Shown here in pieces: positions 34,337-47,258 of a stretch of DNA of 64,000 nucleotides. The position numbers and the translations under genes are program-made. Source of the stretch: Alloascoidea hylecoeti (taxonomy: Eukaryota); the NCBI GenBank assembly GCA_001600815.1, contig BCKZ01000001.1:1335389-1399388 (forward strand). The letters are read 5' to 3'. Below the pieces are notes generated by a model. It searched no databases, was not told where the DNA came from, and saw only the letters and a program-made list of their open reading frames with translations. Numbering within the stretch: the stretch's first letter is position 1; each line of letters opens with the position of its first letter.

Positions 34337-37175
34337 TTTATTAATATGTATTTGATAATAAAGTATTATGGGGGAAATCGAAGCTTTTAAATACTAAAAT
34401 TGTTTCGTTTTATCTGCTTTCTTTTTTCTTACTCATGACCTATATGTATATAAACGTGCATTTCAAGTTTTTTTTTTCCCAAACTCTATATATACCGTAT
34501 ATATTACAAAAAGTTCCGCTCAACTTTTCTCTTTAATATATATATTTGCTAATATTTATAGATATAATTGTTACTCTTCGCTTGTTTACTATCATTAACG
34601 CTCTTAAGATCCATACTGAGGTCCTTATTTGCTTTTATTATTATATATTCTCATAACATTATTTCCATACGATGTTACTGAAAAGATTTCCCGTCGTGCG
34701 CGATGAATTGTGCAATACTCTAAAGAAAAACGAAAATCTAAATTGGGTGTCAATTCCGCGGAAGCTACTTCTAGAACATGCAAATGTGTAAAAAAACAAA
34801 CTATAAATATAAATGTTTTTTCTCTCTTTTTTTATTATTATTATATAACTACCTAATATGGTCATATATCATGCCGACAAAGAACGTTAACATACTGTTC
34901 CACAGCTAATAATGTAACTATTTACAATTGTAATCTTTCCTCCTGTCGTCTGAACTTCTGAATTTGATGGAGCTGTCACTCTTAACCGAACTTTATGCGA
35001 TGATGTGTTGCGCCGCGCGGGCCGTTACGAATTTCCCAATTAGGAACCAGATCGCGCGTGCTTTTTAGTATATAACGGTAGAAAATCAAAAATCAAAATT
35101 TTTTAAAACGTTTTTAAGGAGGAAGGAGAGCTTTTGTAATTAATATTAGCCAACCATCGAGATGCGGATATTTCAGTAACTTGCGGAACCAACTTCCAAA
35201 AGGGTTTTGTTAAATAACAGTAATACCATATTTAGAAATTATAAATGCTCAAAAATAAATTATATTTCATTACGATCAATATATACCACGTAAATAATTA
35301 AATATGATAGTTTTTATAAATAGGAAGAATATTTTCAATTAATTATGATATAACGATAACTTTATTGCAATGCGTGTTAGTAATCATGGTATAAAATACT
35401 TATATAATTAGTGAAACGTTTTTATTTACCACCCTTTGATTGTAAGAACTTGTTTTTCGGATTAACATGTGAAATATAAATTCCAGTTCTACTGAATTAA
35501 AGGAAGTTTATAAAGTAAAAGTTACAGTTAGTTAATGAAATGGAAATTCCAATAATTATATAGTACCATTGCTATATAAAATGCTTTGGTTATAATATAT
35601 GCACCTAACATTAGCTGTAATAATTTTCAGTTGTCATTAGTTTAAGTAAATAGAACAAAAGTTTCCGGTATCATATATGGAGATAAATCTTCAGTAATAA
35701 CAAATTCTAAAAGAAATTTCGATATTTATATAGCTGGTGTATGAATTGCTAGTTTATAATTTGCATAGGGTTCATCAAATACCGCCATTACGTGGTCTTG
35801 CATATGCATATGTATATATCCAATAAATCAGAGCACAAATGGCTTTATATATATTCCAGATATACTTTCCGAATAATTTACATTTTTCGGACTTCCATTG
35901 TCCCAAAAAGATTGCAATTGTTGGTCATTTGCTAGGTTTCTTAATCCTTAGTCTGTGAAATTTAGGAAAATTGAGCTGGGAAGGGTCAATAAGGATTAAT
36001 ATTGAGATCATGATCATGATCATGATCACAGAAGTAGGCGCATGTAGCTATCTTTGATTCTAAAGGCCTGTGATTAAATTGAGTTTCAACTGTGTTACAT
36101 TTACTAGATTTACTATCATACATATGAAAATATCTATACCGGTATATAGGTATAAAAACACTTTTCCCCATAAATAACATAGTAAAACGTCCAGATAACC
36201 GCGGAGGACCCAACCGCTCAACCATGGGTAAACACCTTTAATCATATAACTTACAGTTTTTAGATCTCCTCAATCTAATATTAATTACTATCAGTATCGC
36301 AGGAGTAATTTCAATCCTGTTTATAATTAATCATCACCTTTTTAAGAGTCAAATAAAGTTAGGTGTCCAGACAGGTTTTAGTCAAAATCATAATCATCTT
36401 TTGTTTCTCGGCGCTTATATTTGATCTTCGGAACTTCTTATTTCCATTTTGTCAAGCTCTAATTTATACTTAAGCTTTACCTAATTCAGATTGTCGCTTA
36501 CCTTGTATTACTTTATTGGTTTTCTCTCAGTTGTAGTTAACGTTGTTATTGTGGCCATATGGTAATATCATATTAAGTAATTATACTATTATTATGGCTG
36601 TTCGATTAGTGTTGGATATCATATGACACACTACTCGAGAAGTTCACTAGGAGTCAATTGGCTTTTTGGTGTAACGGTAAGATACAGGCTATTTAATTAG
36701 AAGTAATCGTTACTTTGCAATATTGGTTCAAACGATTCAGTTGTTTAAAACGTTCGAGCAGTATTTCCATTCCTGCTTCTCCTCGTGATCATACAGGACC
36801 TTTAATAACGAAAAGTGGTAATTCCTTGTTTTCTATAGAATATTATTCATTTGTAGCTATAGCTAAAGTGTGTGAAAATAGTACCATTTCATTAGAGTTT
36901 AGGGATTGTTAATATTTAAGTATATCGATATAATTCAATTGATTATAAAAATGAGGAAGGAATGCGTTTTTATTATGGGATTGTCAGTCGACAAGAAAAT
37001 GATGCCGAACCGTTATATTTCAACTGGAATCAACATAACATAGTATTTGGAGTATTGATCTGTTTCATTTATGAGAAGACAGCTTTGATCATGATAGCGC
37101 CATTATCATTCTTGAATATACACCTCTTGAAATTTCTCTCTTTCAAATAATTATCAAAAGGAGTACCTTCTGGTA

Positions 37176-37204
37176 AGTCTAAGTCCAAGTCTAAGTCTAA
37201 GTCT
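37176..37204. repeat. Imperfect hexamer microsatellite (AGTCTA)n
   Basis: agtcta agtcca agtcta agtcta agtct read directly. Confidence 0.75.
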
Positions 37205-37679
37205 CAAATATTTATCACTTTTTTCATGATCATGAAAATTATAAATGAATATTCATATAAATCATTCAAATGGGTAACAAGTAACAACCAATTCCTTGTT
37301 GCAAATATACTTTAAGGGTCAATTTTGAAAATCTTCATGATGATGCAATGATGCAAATTAAATTTAAATGAAACATTTATTCATTCATAACAACTAACTG
37401 CTTACCATCCCACGTGAAATCACAAACTCTGATAACAATTTGAAGCCATATCACAACCCGTTGATACGCGCTGATTTATTCCCGATCTCGCCACTTTTAT
37501 AGCTTAACAGATTTTAGTATACCGCTAAAACCAGTTTTGTTATTAGATGATCACCGCTGAGAAATGGAAAATTTACCGTTATTTCTAACAACTATAAATA
37601 CTAAGCTTTAGAATACACCATATTTCGAATTGCTTTTCAAAAATAAGTCCCCTTCTAACCTATTAAGATCCATTATATC

Positions 37680-38948
37680 ATGTCTTCAATTGCAGACACT
37701 ACCTCTCTAACATGGCCAGCCATTGATCCTCAACTGAAAAAGGACATAGACATCAAGTATAATGTCAGACCCTTTGAACATGTCCAGCCTACCAAAGAGG
37801 AGCTGAATGTTATTCATTTTAAACCTCTTGATATCAGCAAGTTTGAGGAAGGGCCTGCGGGATATGCTCAAAGAAAAGTGCTTGCAACTGAACTAGAGAA
37901 ATCTTTACGAACCTACGGATTTTTTGCCTTATCAGGTCATGGAATTGATATCGATTTGATTAATCGATTACATGCTTTTGCTCAATCCTTAATGGAATTG
38001 CCAGAGGAAGAAAAAGTAAAATATTATGCTGGTGGAAACACCACAGATACTGAAGATAAATCTAAATCTCTTGGTGGTGAAAGGGGAAATGGTTATAAAC
38101 AAAAAGGTTATTGGGCTATGCAACAAGGTGTGAGAGATCAAATTGAGCATTATAATTTCAGAGATCTATTGCAGCCAGAAGAATTGAAGAAACATAAACA
38201 GCCAGAACTTGCGCTTGCTTATTTAGATGATCTTATTGAATACTATGACCAAATTCACAATCAACTGTTAAGAAAATTAACAATTTTATGTGACATAATC
38301 TTAGAAATTCCTGAGGGAACATTATGGGAAAATTATTTTAAGGTTAGGCCTGGTGATGTTGAACACTCAGGATTTGGTTGGGGTAGGCTGATGATGTATT
38401 ATGGCATGTCTAAAGAAGACGAAAAGAAAACAGGGAACACTTGGTTAAGAGGTCATTCTGATAGTACAGCATTTACATTCATTTATTCACAACCAATGTC
38501 TTCCTTACAGATTAGAGATTATTATACTGGTGAGTGGAGTCATATTCAGTATATTCCAAATACCTTTGTTTGTAATGCTGGTGATGCCATCGAATTTTTA
38601 ACAGGAGGTTATTTCAAATCTACCATCCACAGAGTGGTTAAGCCACCAGTGGATCAACAGGGTCATAAAAGATTGGGGCTTATCTATTTTTCAGATCCAG
38701 CGCCTTATACAGTTGTTGATCCAGAAGCAGTTAATTCGCCAAAACTTGAAAGATTGGGTTACGTTAAACCACAGAGTTGGGATAAGATTACCTTCGCTCA
38801 ATGGGATGCTGAAAAGGACAGATATTTCGGCTCGGTTAAACTATATTCAGGACCCACTGAGGAACCTACTCCAGTGCTCTTATACGGTAGATACAATGAA
38901 CGTTGGCATCAAGTTGACAATGAGAGAGTTAATTTTGCAAAAGCATAA
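37680..38948 (+). CDS. 2-oxoglutarate/Fe(II)-dependent dioxygenase (IPNS-like fold), substrate unknown
   Basis: YGFFALSGHGI N-domain, HxD in RGHSD, NAGD, STIHRV with a distal Arg. Confidence 0.88.
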   Translation: MSSIADTTSLTWPAIDPQLKKDIDIKYNVRPFEHVQPTKEELNVIHFKPLDISKFEEGPAGYAQRKVLATELEKSLRTYGFFALSGHGIDIDLINRLHAFAQSLMELPEEEKVKYYAGGNTTDTEDKSKSLGGERGNGYKQKGYWAMQQGVRDQIEHYNFRDLLQPEELKKHKQPELALAYLDDLIEYYDQIHNQLLRKLTILCDIILEIPEGTLWENYFKVRPGDVEHSGFGWGRLMMYYGMSKEDEKKTGNTWLRGHSDSTAFTFIYSQPMSSLQIRDYYTGEWSHIQYIPNTFVCNAGDAIEFLTGGYFKSTIHRVVKPPVDQQGHKRLGLIYFSDPAPYTVVDPEAVNSPKLERLGYVKPQSWDKITFAQWDAEKDRYFGSVKLYSGPTEEPTPVLLYGRYNERWHQVDNERVNFAKA

Positions 38949-40605
38949 ACCTGATTATTTGTTGAACGTTGTGTACTCTCGTAGCATAGGTACAGTGTTT
39001 TATATTTATAATTGGCATTGAATGTATATATTTGGTTGATATTTCATTGAATATATATTATAGATATCAATTGTAATATCAGGATAAATATCGTAATCAA
39101 TTATACACATATGCATAATACCTATAATTATCAGTAACTGAAAGGCTTCCTTGAAATGGATATAAATCATCTGCACTTGACACAAATACATCTCAATCAA
39201 TTCATTAAATGTTCGTTAAAATGTTGCGATGAAAATGTAAGACAACATTTATCATTAGATATAATTAGGTAGCACTTAATTCCTATGAGCCAACCTTACA
39301 GGTTCCTAGAACCAACGAACAGATTCATCACCGAAAAATGCGATTAATTATGTAACATGTAATATATAGTAGTAAAACTTGCTTTCTTTTACAAACTATG
39401 TCACAAATAAATCTTACAACAAAACCCGTCAGACCTAATTCAGACAATTTTAAGTTCGCGTTAACATTAACGATTGTTTGAGTTTCACTACCGATTCCTT
39501 TTGTACTCATAATTCATATTTTATTGTGGGTATACGTAATTAAACATATATTTAATCAAAAATATTCAAAATTATCTACTAGGTATATCGACGGTATGTT
39601 ATACCCACATAAAACTCAATTATGAAGTGGCTTGGGAATTTAAAGACTGGATGCTACCTTCTGCCAGTATGGATAAAGCCAATTGATCTTTAGGGCGGCT
39701 TCACAATTGTACCTGTATGTTTCAATTATTTGCCCTTGCTAGCCGAAAAACATTGTTAATTGCAAGCCATCAGAAAAGTAAAAGGCCTTATCAGGTATAT
39801 AGAAAGGATATAAAAGACAGATGTTAGCAAATATAGCAAAAGAAGATGATTGTATCTGTATCTGTACCGGTAATATGCCAACCTTAGTATGTGCCATGTG
39901 GGCAACAATTGCAAGGCATAGCTAGTAACATATTAACACAATTGGTAATGAGGATATAACCCAGGTTAGGGTATTTGAAATTTGAGAACATCCGCTGCTG
40001 TGATTGTATAATAACATTGATATCCTGTTGTATGCTAGATCTAGCTATCGATATCCAAGGATTCCGAACACTATAGAATTTATAGCCATACATGAGTTAA
40101 TAAAATTCTTTCTTTAAAAAACTGTATAACTTATATATTGATATCAATCTATTTGACTAAAAAGTACAAATCTATAATTATAAATTTATAACGTATGAAA
40201 CTCAATTGCAAGCTTGGTTAGCTTAAATATTAAGAAAAAACCAAATCAATTATATTAGCTGTAATTATATCTTTAGTTAATAACACTGCAGTATCGGTTG
40301 ATCATGGGTGTGATATAATATCATTAATTTTATTCCTTTCTGATTAAGATTACCTGAAGCCAGAGATAGTATCATATATAGTGTCATGCCCTTTACCCCT
40401 TTAAATTTAGCTGACAATGCAATCGAAAATAATACATGTAGAATATTTTGTTGAATAATCACGAAATAAAGCAATTGTAAGATAAATATAGTAAATGGTA
40501 AATACTATGGCTAATTATAAATACTAGTAAAACATTATTTTAAATAAATAAATTGTTTGTGAAGAAATATGCATATGCCAAGAAATAAATAATGTTGTAT
40601 GCAAT

Positions 40606-41778
40606 TTAATTAGAGGAGTGGTTGATTTTCCATCTACCTCCAAGTCCGTAGCATCCGAATCCAATGCTTCGTGCAGCATAACAAATAGACTCCGTCTCAA
40701 TTCCATCATACCCTTCAAGTGAATCCCATGTCGTACCAACAACATAAAACGGGCTAAAAGTTATTCCGAATCTTATAAGATCTCCTTTAATGTATAAAAT
40801 GGTTCCCCCAACACTGTCGAGATGTACGATATCATCATTATCATTCAATACTTCCACAAGATCTTCAAAATGTAGTCCCTTTTCAGCTGGTCCTGGAACA
40901 AACACATATTGTGGGTCCATTATTAATTTTTCCTTTTCTTCCTCAGTTGGTTCTAATCTTGGCCCAGTCCAAGCATTTTTGTCGTAGTCGGAGCCTTCTT
41001 GCCCTCCAACTTCGCATCTAGCAGTTAAAATTCCAGGGGGTAGAAATTGTTCGGGAATTGTAGCGTTTGGATGACTTCGCTTCGGTAATATATTATTTTC
41101 AGCTATATCTATCATCCGAGCGACAAGTCCTTCGTCGACTTGATAAACATCTGCATCATACCATAGTACATGTTTTTCCTTTGTAATTGTACTCACCATA
41201 AGATAATTTCGCAATTGTGATATTTGTCTTCTTCGCTCTTTTTGAAGTTCAGATGCATGTCTATTATCTCTAGTGATCTGAATCTTGAAATCATTGGGAT
41301 GATACATTAAATGGACTTTATTAAAATCCTGTAAATAAAATGGGTGTCCATTTGGAGGATGCATTAACAGTTTCTTTATATAAGAGAATTCATTTTCAGA
41401 TGATGTTAATATACCAAGAGTCGTCTTTCGGTGAGAATAATCAGTTCGTTTATAAATTAGTTCAAGATGGTCTAAGAAAGATCTTTTGTTGTTGTCCGAA
41501 TCCAAACCATAAGACTCTTCATTGTGTGCTATTGTAAGCACCAGCATCTCTGAGTCAGTTTCTGTGCCTTTTCTAGGCTCGTATATCCAGTGATTAACAT
41601 TACTACTATCTGTGAAAGTGTTTATTCGTTCTGATTGGAGATGTTTTGAATTTGAAAGATATGAAGGCGTGAAATCAAATTCTTGACTATAATCAGTTAG
41701 AGATATAAGGGAGATGGTGATTATTAGCAACGCTATAGCTGTCGGTAGCATAAAACATTTTCGGATGGTGACGCCCAT
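40606..41778 (-). CDS. Anp1/Mnn9 (GT62) family glycosyltransferase, type II membrane protein
   Basis: N-terminal TM anchor; ERRRQISQLRNYLM, LWYDADV (DxD), YDKNAW, LDSVGGTILY, IETE. Confidence 0.8.
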   Translation of the reverse strand: MGVTIRKCFMLPTAIALLIITISLISLTDYSQEFDFTPSYLSNSKHLQSERINTFTDSSNVNHWIYEPRKGTETDSEMLVLTIAHNEESYGLDSDNNKRSFLDHLELIYKRTDYSHRKTTLGILTSSENEFSYIKKLLMHPPNGHPFYLQDFNKVHLMYHPNDFKIQITRDNRHASELQKERRRQISQLRNYLMVSTITKEKHVLWYDADVYQVDEGLVARMIDIAENNILPKRSHPNATIPEQFLPPGILTARCEVGGQEGSDYDKNAWTGPRLEPTEEEKEKLIMDPQYVFVPGPAEKGLHFEDLVEVLNDNDDIVHLDSVGGTILYIKGDLIRFGITFSPFYVVGTTWDSLEGYDGIETESICYAARSIGFGCYGLGGRWKINHSSN

Positions 41779-44354
41779 ATGGCCTAAGTTTTTGCAAAGG
41801 AATGAAGATGATATGAAGTTTTAAAAATAACCGGCGATTTTCGTGGGTTTTATGGAAAGAGAAAAGAAAGAAAACATGTATATGATTATATGCACGGTCA
41901 CATAATGCACCAGTTCGATCAACGAATATATGTATTCTGTGGCTAAAAAAAGAATAATCAACTTTGCTGCTTCATTTGATAGTGAGGTAGACCACGACAA
42001 TTTAGAATTATATAAGCTTAAACAATATTAACGTTGTGTTAACGTTAGATATACATATAAAGGTTTGATAAACTATAACCTAAATAATAATTTTTTATTT
42101 AATTATGAACCTTGAACTGATGGCATTATATAATTAGCTCTATATTTTATCTGTTTATTTCAAATTGTTTAGTTTAGGATCTTCATAATTAATTATTATA
42201 TAAACTCAAGCATTTACACTACTTAATAATGATAAAAGAAAGCATATAATTATACTTCTTTGATAAAGTTAACGTTAGAGAGCGTGCATATTATAATTGT
42301 TAATCTCATCTACAACATTTAGAGTGGCCTGCAGCCATGGTAAATGATGGGATACTATATCGGAGCTAGATATTTAAGTTGCAATTGGAGTAGGGTTAAT
42401 CCATGAATTAATGGCATCAGTTATATCTGTGTTATCTACAGTAGACTGGCGCATTGATAAATTTACAGAATAGTGATTACAGTATAAAGAGTGAGATTAG
42501 ATTATACGCACATGTACCATGTAAAAGAGTAAATTATCTTGTCTAAACTGGATATCAAAGAATTACTATATAATAATTGAGCTATCGTTAATATCTGATT
42601 ATTTGCATCGGTATCAGCATAGTTATAACTTGCAATCGCAGGTACCTATATTTAATTCAACTAGAATTATAAACTTAACTTAGTTATAGTCAATAGGTTA
42701 TATGTAACAGCGGTAATCGGAGTATTGCGACAGTATAGTAAATTTTGAAATCCATATTTTTTAGATTTCTTTGTCAAAAACTTTGGTATATATAACAATA
42801 AAGTGAACAATCTAGGTATAGTAATGACTTTTGGAGGCGGAAAAATTTATATTTAAGCCGCATATGCTACTTTTGCGTTTTAGATTCCCTATATAATTAC
42901 CTATTTAAACGTTACGCTTACGTGTAACTCGGGTCTCTTACTTTCCGGATAGTTGCGCCGCACTTGAGATATTTCACTGTTTTAGATGTTGGGGACATTT
43001 TCTTTCTCTGTTAAAATATGTGATTATACCGTGTAATTGCCAAGATATATCCTATCTTTATAGAATATTACTACCAATAAATATTATTACCTTATTTGGC
43101 AAATAATGGGAGAATTTGAATATATCATTACATGTTTATATTATTTTTTCTTTGTATATATCTACCTATTAGCGCGGGACAAAGGATATATCGCGATTAG
43201 GATTTGTCGTTCGCTATGCGCATGCATTAATCCACCATATTGCTCCCATATGCATAACATAATATTATACAGGAGAATTTTTCCATTATTTGGTGGTAAA
43301 CTGGTATTATCGGGACCGGTCGGGACCGGTCCCTTTAAAATATCTTTAATTGACAGATAATAATCATGCAGCTGTGGTATACGTAGCTCTTTGTGAAAAT
43401 TTGTAAGATATTGCACTAGTTTAGACTATGTAACTTATCATATAGATAATTACTATTTTTATTTAAATTGTCTTTAACATTTCCGAATACATGTAGTGCT
43501 TAACCTGAGTGCTCACAACTATCAATTATCTTAGAGAAAGAGAAAATATGCATGCAATTGTACATACTACGCTGTGAAGAAGTATCGCAGTATGCATATG
43601 TATGCATTCATTTTGATAAAGCATATTTTATTACTAATATGCATCTTATTATGTAAAAACGTTATTTGTATGGTCGTGAAATCTAGTACTATACAGTGGT
43701 AGATAGGTAAGAAATAGGGGCAAATAATTTGAAACGACATGATTCAGATTCCTGATTTATTTACCTTTTGTCTTCTTTAATATATAACGGAAGTGATTTT
43801 GGTGGTGTATTCAGATCTTCCGCAGGTGTTAAAAATTCTTTGATTTTCCTAAAAGTTGTTCATTTTAAGTGGGACACGTGGACAGCAGCACAATAGTCTT
43901 TCATGGATTATTTAAAGTCAACTTTATCTGTTTTGGTTTGTTGGTATAACTCGAATTAGCGTAATATTAAAAAGGAAATAGTTGAATACAAAGGGAGATA
44001 AAAAACATAACTACTAATCTAATATAGGATTTTATTACGTCGGAATAAAACCAAATTACAGAAGTTATCTCAAGATTCTTAACGGATAAATAGAGTTTTA
44101 TTGGCCCTAGTGTATAAACTATAAACTATTATTAAATATAATACCTGTTATTTACTTATCAACCTGAAAACTTATTTTGAATAAAGACTTTTTTTATAAT
44201 TATATACCTGTATGAACTATTAATATTGAAATATATATATAGTTACCAACCATCCTTGAACTTTTGTAGTACAAAAAACCCCCTTTTCTTCTTTAGATTT
44301 GAATATATTCAAAAATTTATATATAATTATTGACATTTTTAGATTCACATCATA

Positions 44355-45650
44355 TCATGCACAAGGTATGTGTGATAGATATATGATCTTATAGTGATCT
44401 GAATTTATAATTGCATTGGTGCTCACATTGTTATTGACCACTCCAAAATTCCTAACTACCCAAAAATATGGTGAGTCTCTTCTTTTTATCATGACGTTCA
44501 TTTCTAGTTCGAGAAGTTTTCTTCTTACAATGTCGTCACCATCTGCTGGATTTTCAATGAGCATTGCTGTCTTACCCCTCTTACCCTTTCTTAATTGTTT
44601 CATTTTATCCATGAGTTTCAGGTGTTTAAAGGTGGTAATTGAACTACATGTAATTGTTCACCGTTCATTGATACTTCCCCAGAATTAAATTAGTCTCCAT
44701 ATATTTGGAGGTTCTAGCCATTCCAGCCCCCAAAAGATCTATTTTCGATAAAATTCACTCGCGAAATCTGAATTATAAAAACTTCTTTCAGGGTCTTGAT
44801 CGAGATTAAGCAAATTGTCTTCTGGTGGTGTATCTTTTAGAAACATACTTCACCTCCAGATTAAGCAGCCAAATCCCAATCTTCCTGAAGCCAGAGTTGA
44901 TATTAGAAGAAGTTAAGCCTTCACTCCTCGTATAGATCATTGCCGGTATAAAGTTATATTTTCGCGATTGGCATGTTTGATGAAGGTTTTCTCATACCAC
45001 TCCAAAAACATTTCTGCATTAAAGTGTTAGCCTTATTATTGATTCTACAGTATCCTTCTTCTTAGCATATTCCTTCCAAACGTTACCAAGTTTCTTTCCT
45101 TTCATGATTAGGAGTGGTGGCATCGATTTTCCCGCAGTGCTAACGCACAAGTGGGTGGAGAATCCGGGAATTATAAACCCCATTTGACGACAAACAGTCT
45201 CCTCTCCGGGGAAAAAATAGTACCAGGTATCAGCTGTCTCACCCAGCTAAAAGCCCATTTCATAAATATTGTGAATGAACCCCGGTTGATAATGATTTTC
45301 GATTATCTAGGCATTCAATGCTTTTACCATTTCTCGGAGTCCTCATTTGTTACTGCTGAGGAACGATCGATATAGGATTCCAATTCCGAAGTATTTTTGA
45401 TAGTGATCCTCGGATAACCTCTTGCAAAGCCACATACCCACTTATTAGTCACATAATGGCTGGTAGAATCGTTTTTGGTTAGTTTTTTGATGGTGGTAAG
45501 ATGGTACTCATCTTCTTCTGAATTTCTTCAGTCTACCAACTGATCTATGAAACAATAGAGAGCTTCTCTGTGGGCCGCCAGCCCAATACTTGCATAATAA
45601 AGTAGCACAGTAGCTAGCCGATTCTCTCAGGCATTAGTCAAAGTTTGGAA
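44355..45650 (-). mobile_element. Degenerate pogo/Fot1-type (CENP-B HTH + DDE_1) transposase relic
   Basis: Colinear broken peptides: QTLTNA*ENRL, VTNKWVCGFARGYP, YQPGFIHNIYEMGF*LG (cf. IYNMDETGF), CVSTAGKSMPPLLIMKGK, NAEMFLEWYEKTF, SSNINSGFRKIGIWLLN. Boundaries approximate; no TIRs found. Confidence 0.85.
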
Positions 45651-46104
45651 CGCTTCTATAGCCGCTGATCTGGATTGTCCGCTATCAATACGATAAATGC
45701 TAATTGAACGTAGTGTATATATAATTGCATTATAATTCATTTACAGTTAGCGACAAAATACATAACAATCGCAAATGTGTGCCATTAATAATATAGAGAC
45801 TTATTAATGAAGAAATAACTCCTTGATATGTTACATACATGTCATTCCTCTTAATTTCGGCCATGTGAGTACTAGACTTAGGTCATGCTTATGCTGCCAA
45901 CGAATGCAAAAATCTAATTATAATGGTATTATGTAACCCAAACCACGTGATAAGTGACATCCGTACCTCAATACTGGCAATTCTATTAGTGCAAAACTTC
46001 AGCCAATGAGAGGGCCAGTATTACTCTTGCAGCATAGTTTAACCTCCTACATTTACCTTTGGCTCTTTTTTCAATTTTCAGCACAAAAAATCTTCGGATC
46101 CACA

Positions 46105-47258
46105 ATGATATCAGGGCCTGCCAAATCTGCTTTTACTAGGTTTGCCTCTTCAAGAGCATATTCATCCTCGAGCAAGGCTGCTCAGCCAGTTCTATCGGCC
46201 TCATCAAAGAAGTTGATTGCTGGCTCTGTCGTTTTGGGTTCTGCTCTTTCATACTACACTTATAGTTACGGAATCAAAGCCGAAGCTATGTATCCTGCCG
46301 AGCATGGTCTACATCCTCCAGAGTACAACTGGAGTCACAATGGTATGTTTGCTGCTGAATCGGAGCATTTAGATCGCTTCACAGTTTTTCACCCATTTAG
46401 ATTTATACTATCATTGATCCACAAGAAAATGTCAAGAAACAAGGACTAGTGCACATTGAAAACGGTGTCAGTTGTTATCATTTGTGCTTTTCTGACCAGA
46501 CGTGGACGGAAACAATGATTATACCTTATTCATATTTCAATTATATTCTATACCGATACTAACTTTCTTTAGGTATGTTCGAAACATTCGATCACGCTTC
46601 AATTCGTCGTGGTTTCCAAGTATACAAAGAAGTGTGCGCTGCATGTCACTCTCTCAGCCGTGTAGCTTGGCGTACTATGGTTGGTGTATCACACTCCAAC
46701 AGTGAAGTCCGTGAGTTTGCGGCCGAGTACGAATATGACGATGAGCCAGATGATGAAGGTAATCCAAGAAAAAGACCCGGTAAATTAGCTGATTATATTG
46801 CATCTCCATATGCCAACGAACAAGCTGCCAGAGCTGCAAATCAAGGTGCTCTACCACCAGATTTATCCTTGATTGTCAAATCTAGACATGGTGCATGTGA
46901 TTATATCTTCTCAATTTTGACTGGTTATCCAGATGAACCACCAGCAGGTATTGTATTGCCAGCCGGTTCAAACTATAACCCATACTTCCCTGGTGGATCT
47001 ATTGCCATGGGACGTGTGTTGTTTGACGAATTAGTTGAATATGACGATGGAACACCGGCAACAACATCACAAATGGCCAAGGATGTTACCACCTTCCTCA
47101 ATTGGGCTTCTGAACCAGAACATGATGACCGTAAGAAGGCTGGTTTAAAGGTTATAATTGTTTTATCTTCCTTATATTTGTTATCTGTTTGGGTCAAAAA
47201 GTTCAAATGGACACCATTGAAACATAGAAAGATTGTTTTTACACCACCAAAGAAATAA
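46105..47258 (+). CDS. CYT1: Cytochrome c1; exons 46105-46342 and 46573-47258
   Basis: Presequence, AEHGLHPP..WSHNG|MFETFDHASIRRGFQVYKEVCAACHS (CxxCH), YNPYFPGGSIAM; 230-nt intron with TACTAAC; 307 aa. CCAAT at 46003 and CACGTGA at 45944 upstream. Confidence 0.97.

Noticed and set aside
40333..40345. 13-bp match CCTGAAGCCAGAG to the pogo relic (about 44884)
   Set aside because: Similarity does not extend; compatible with chance.
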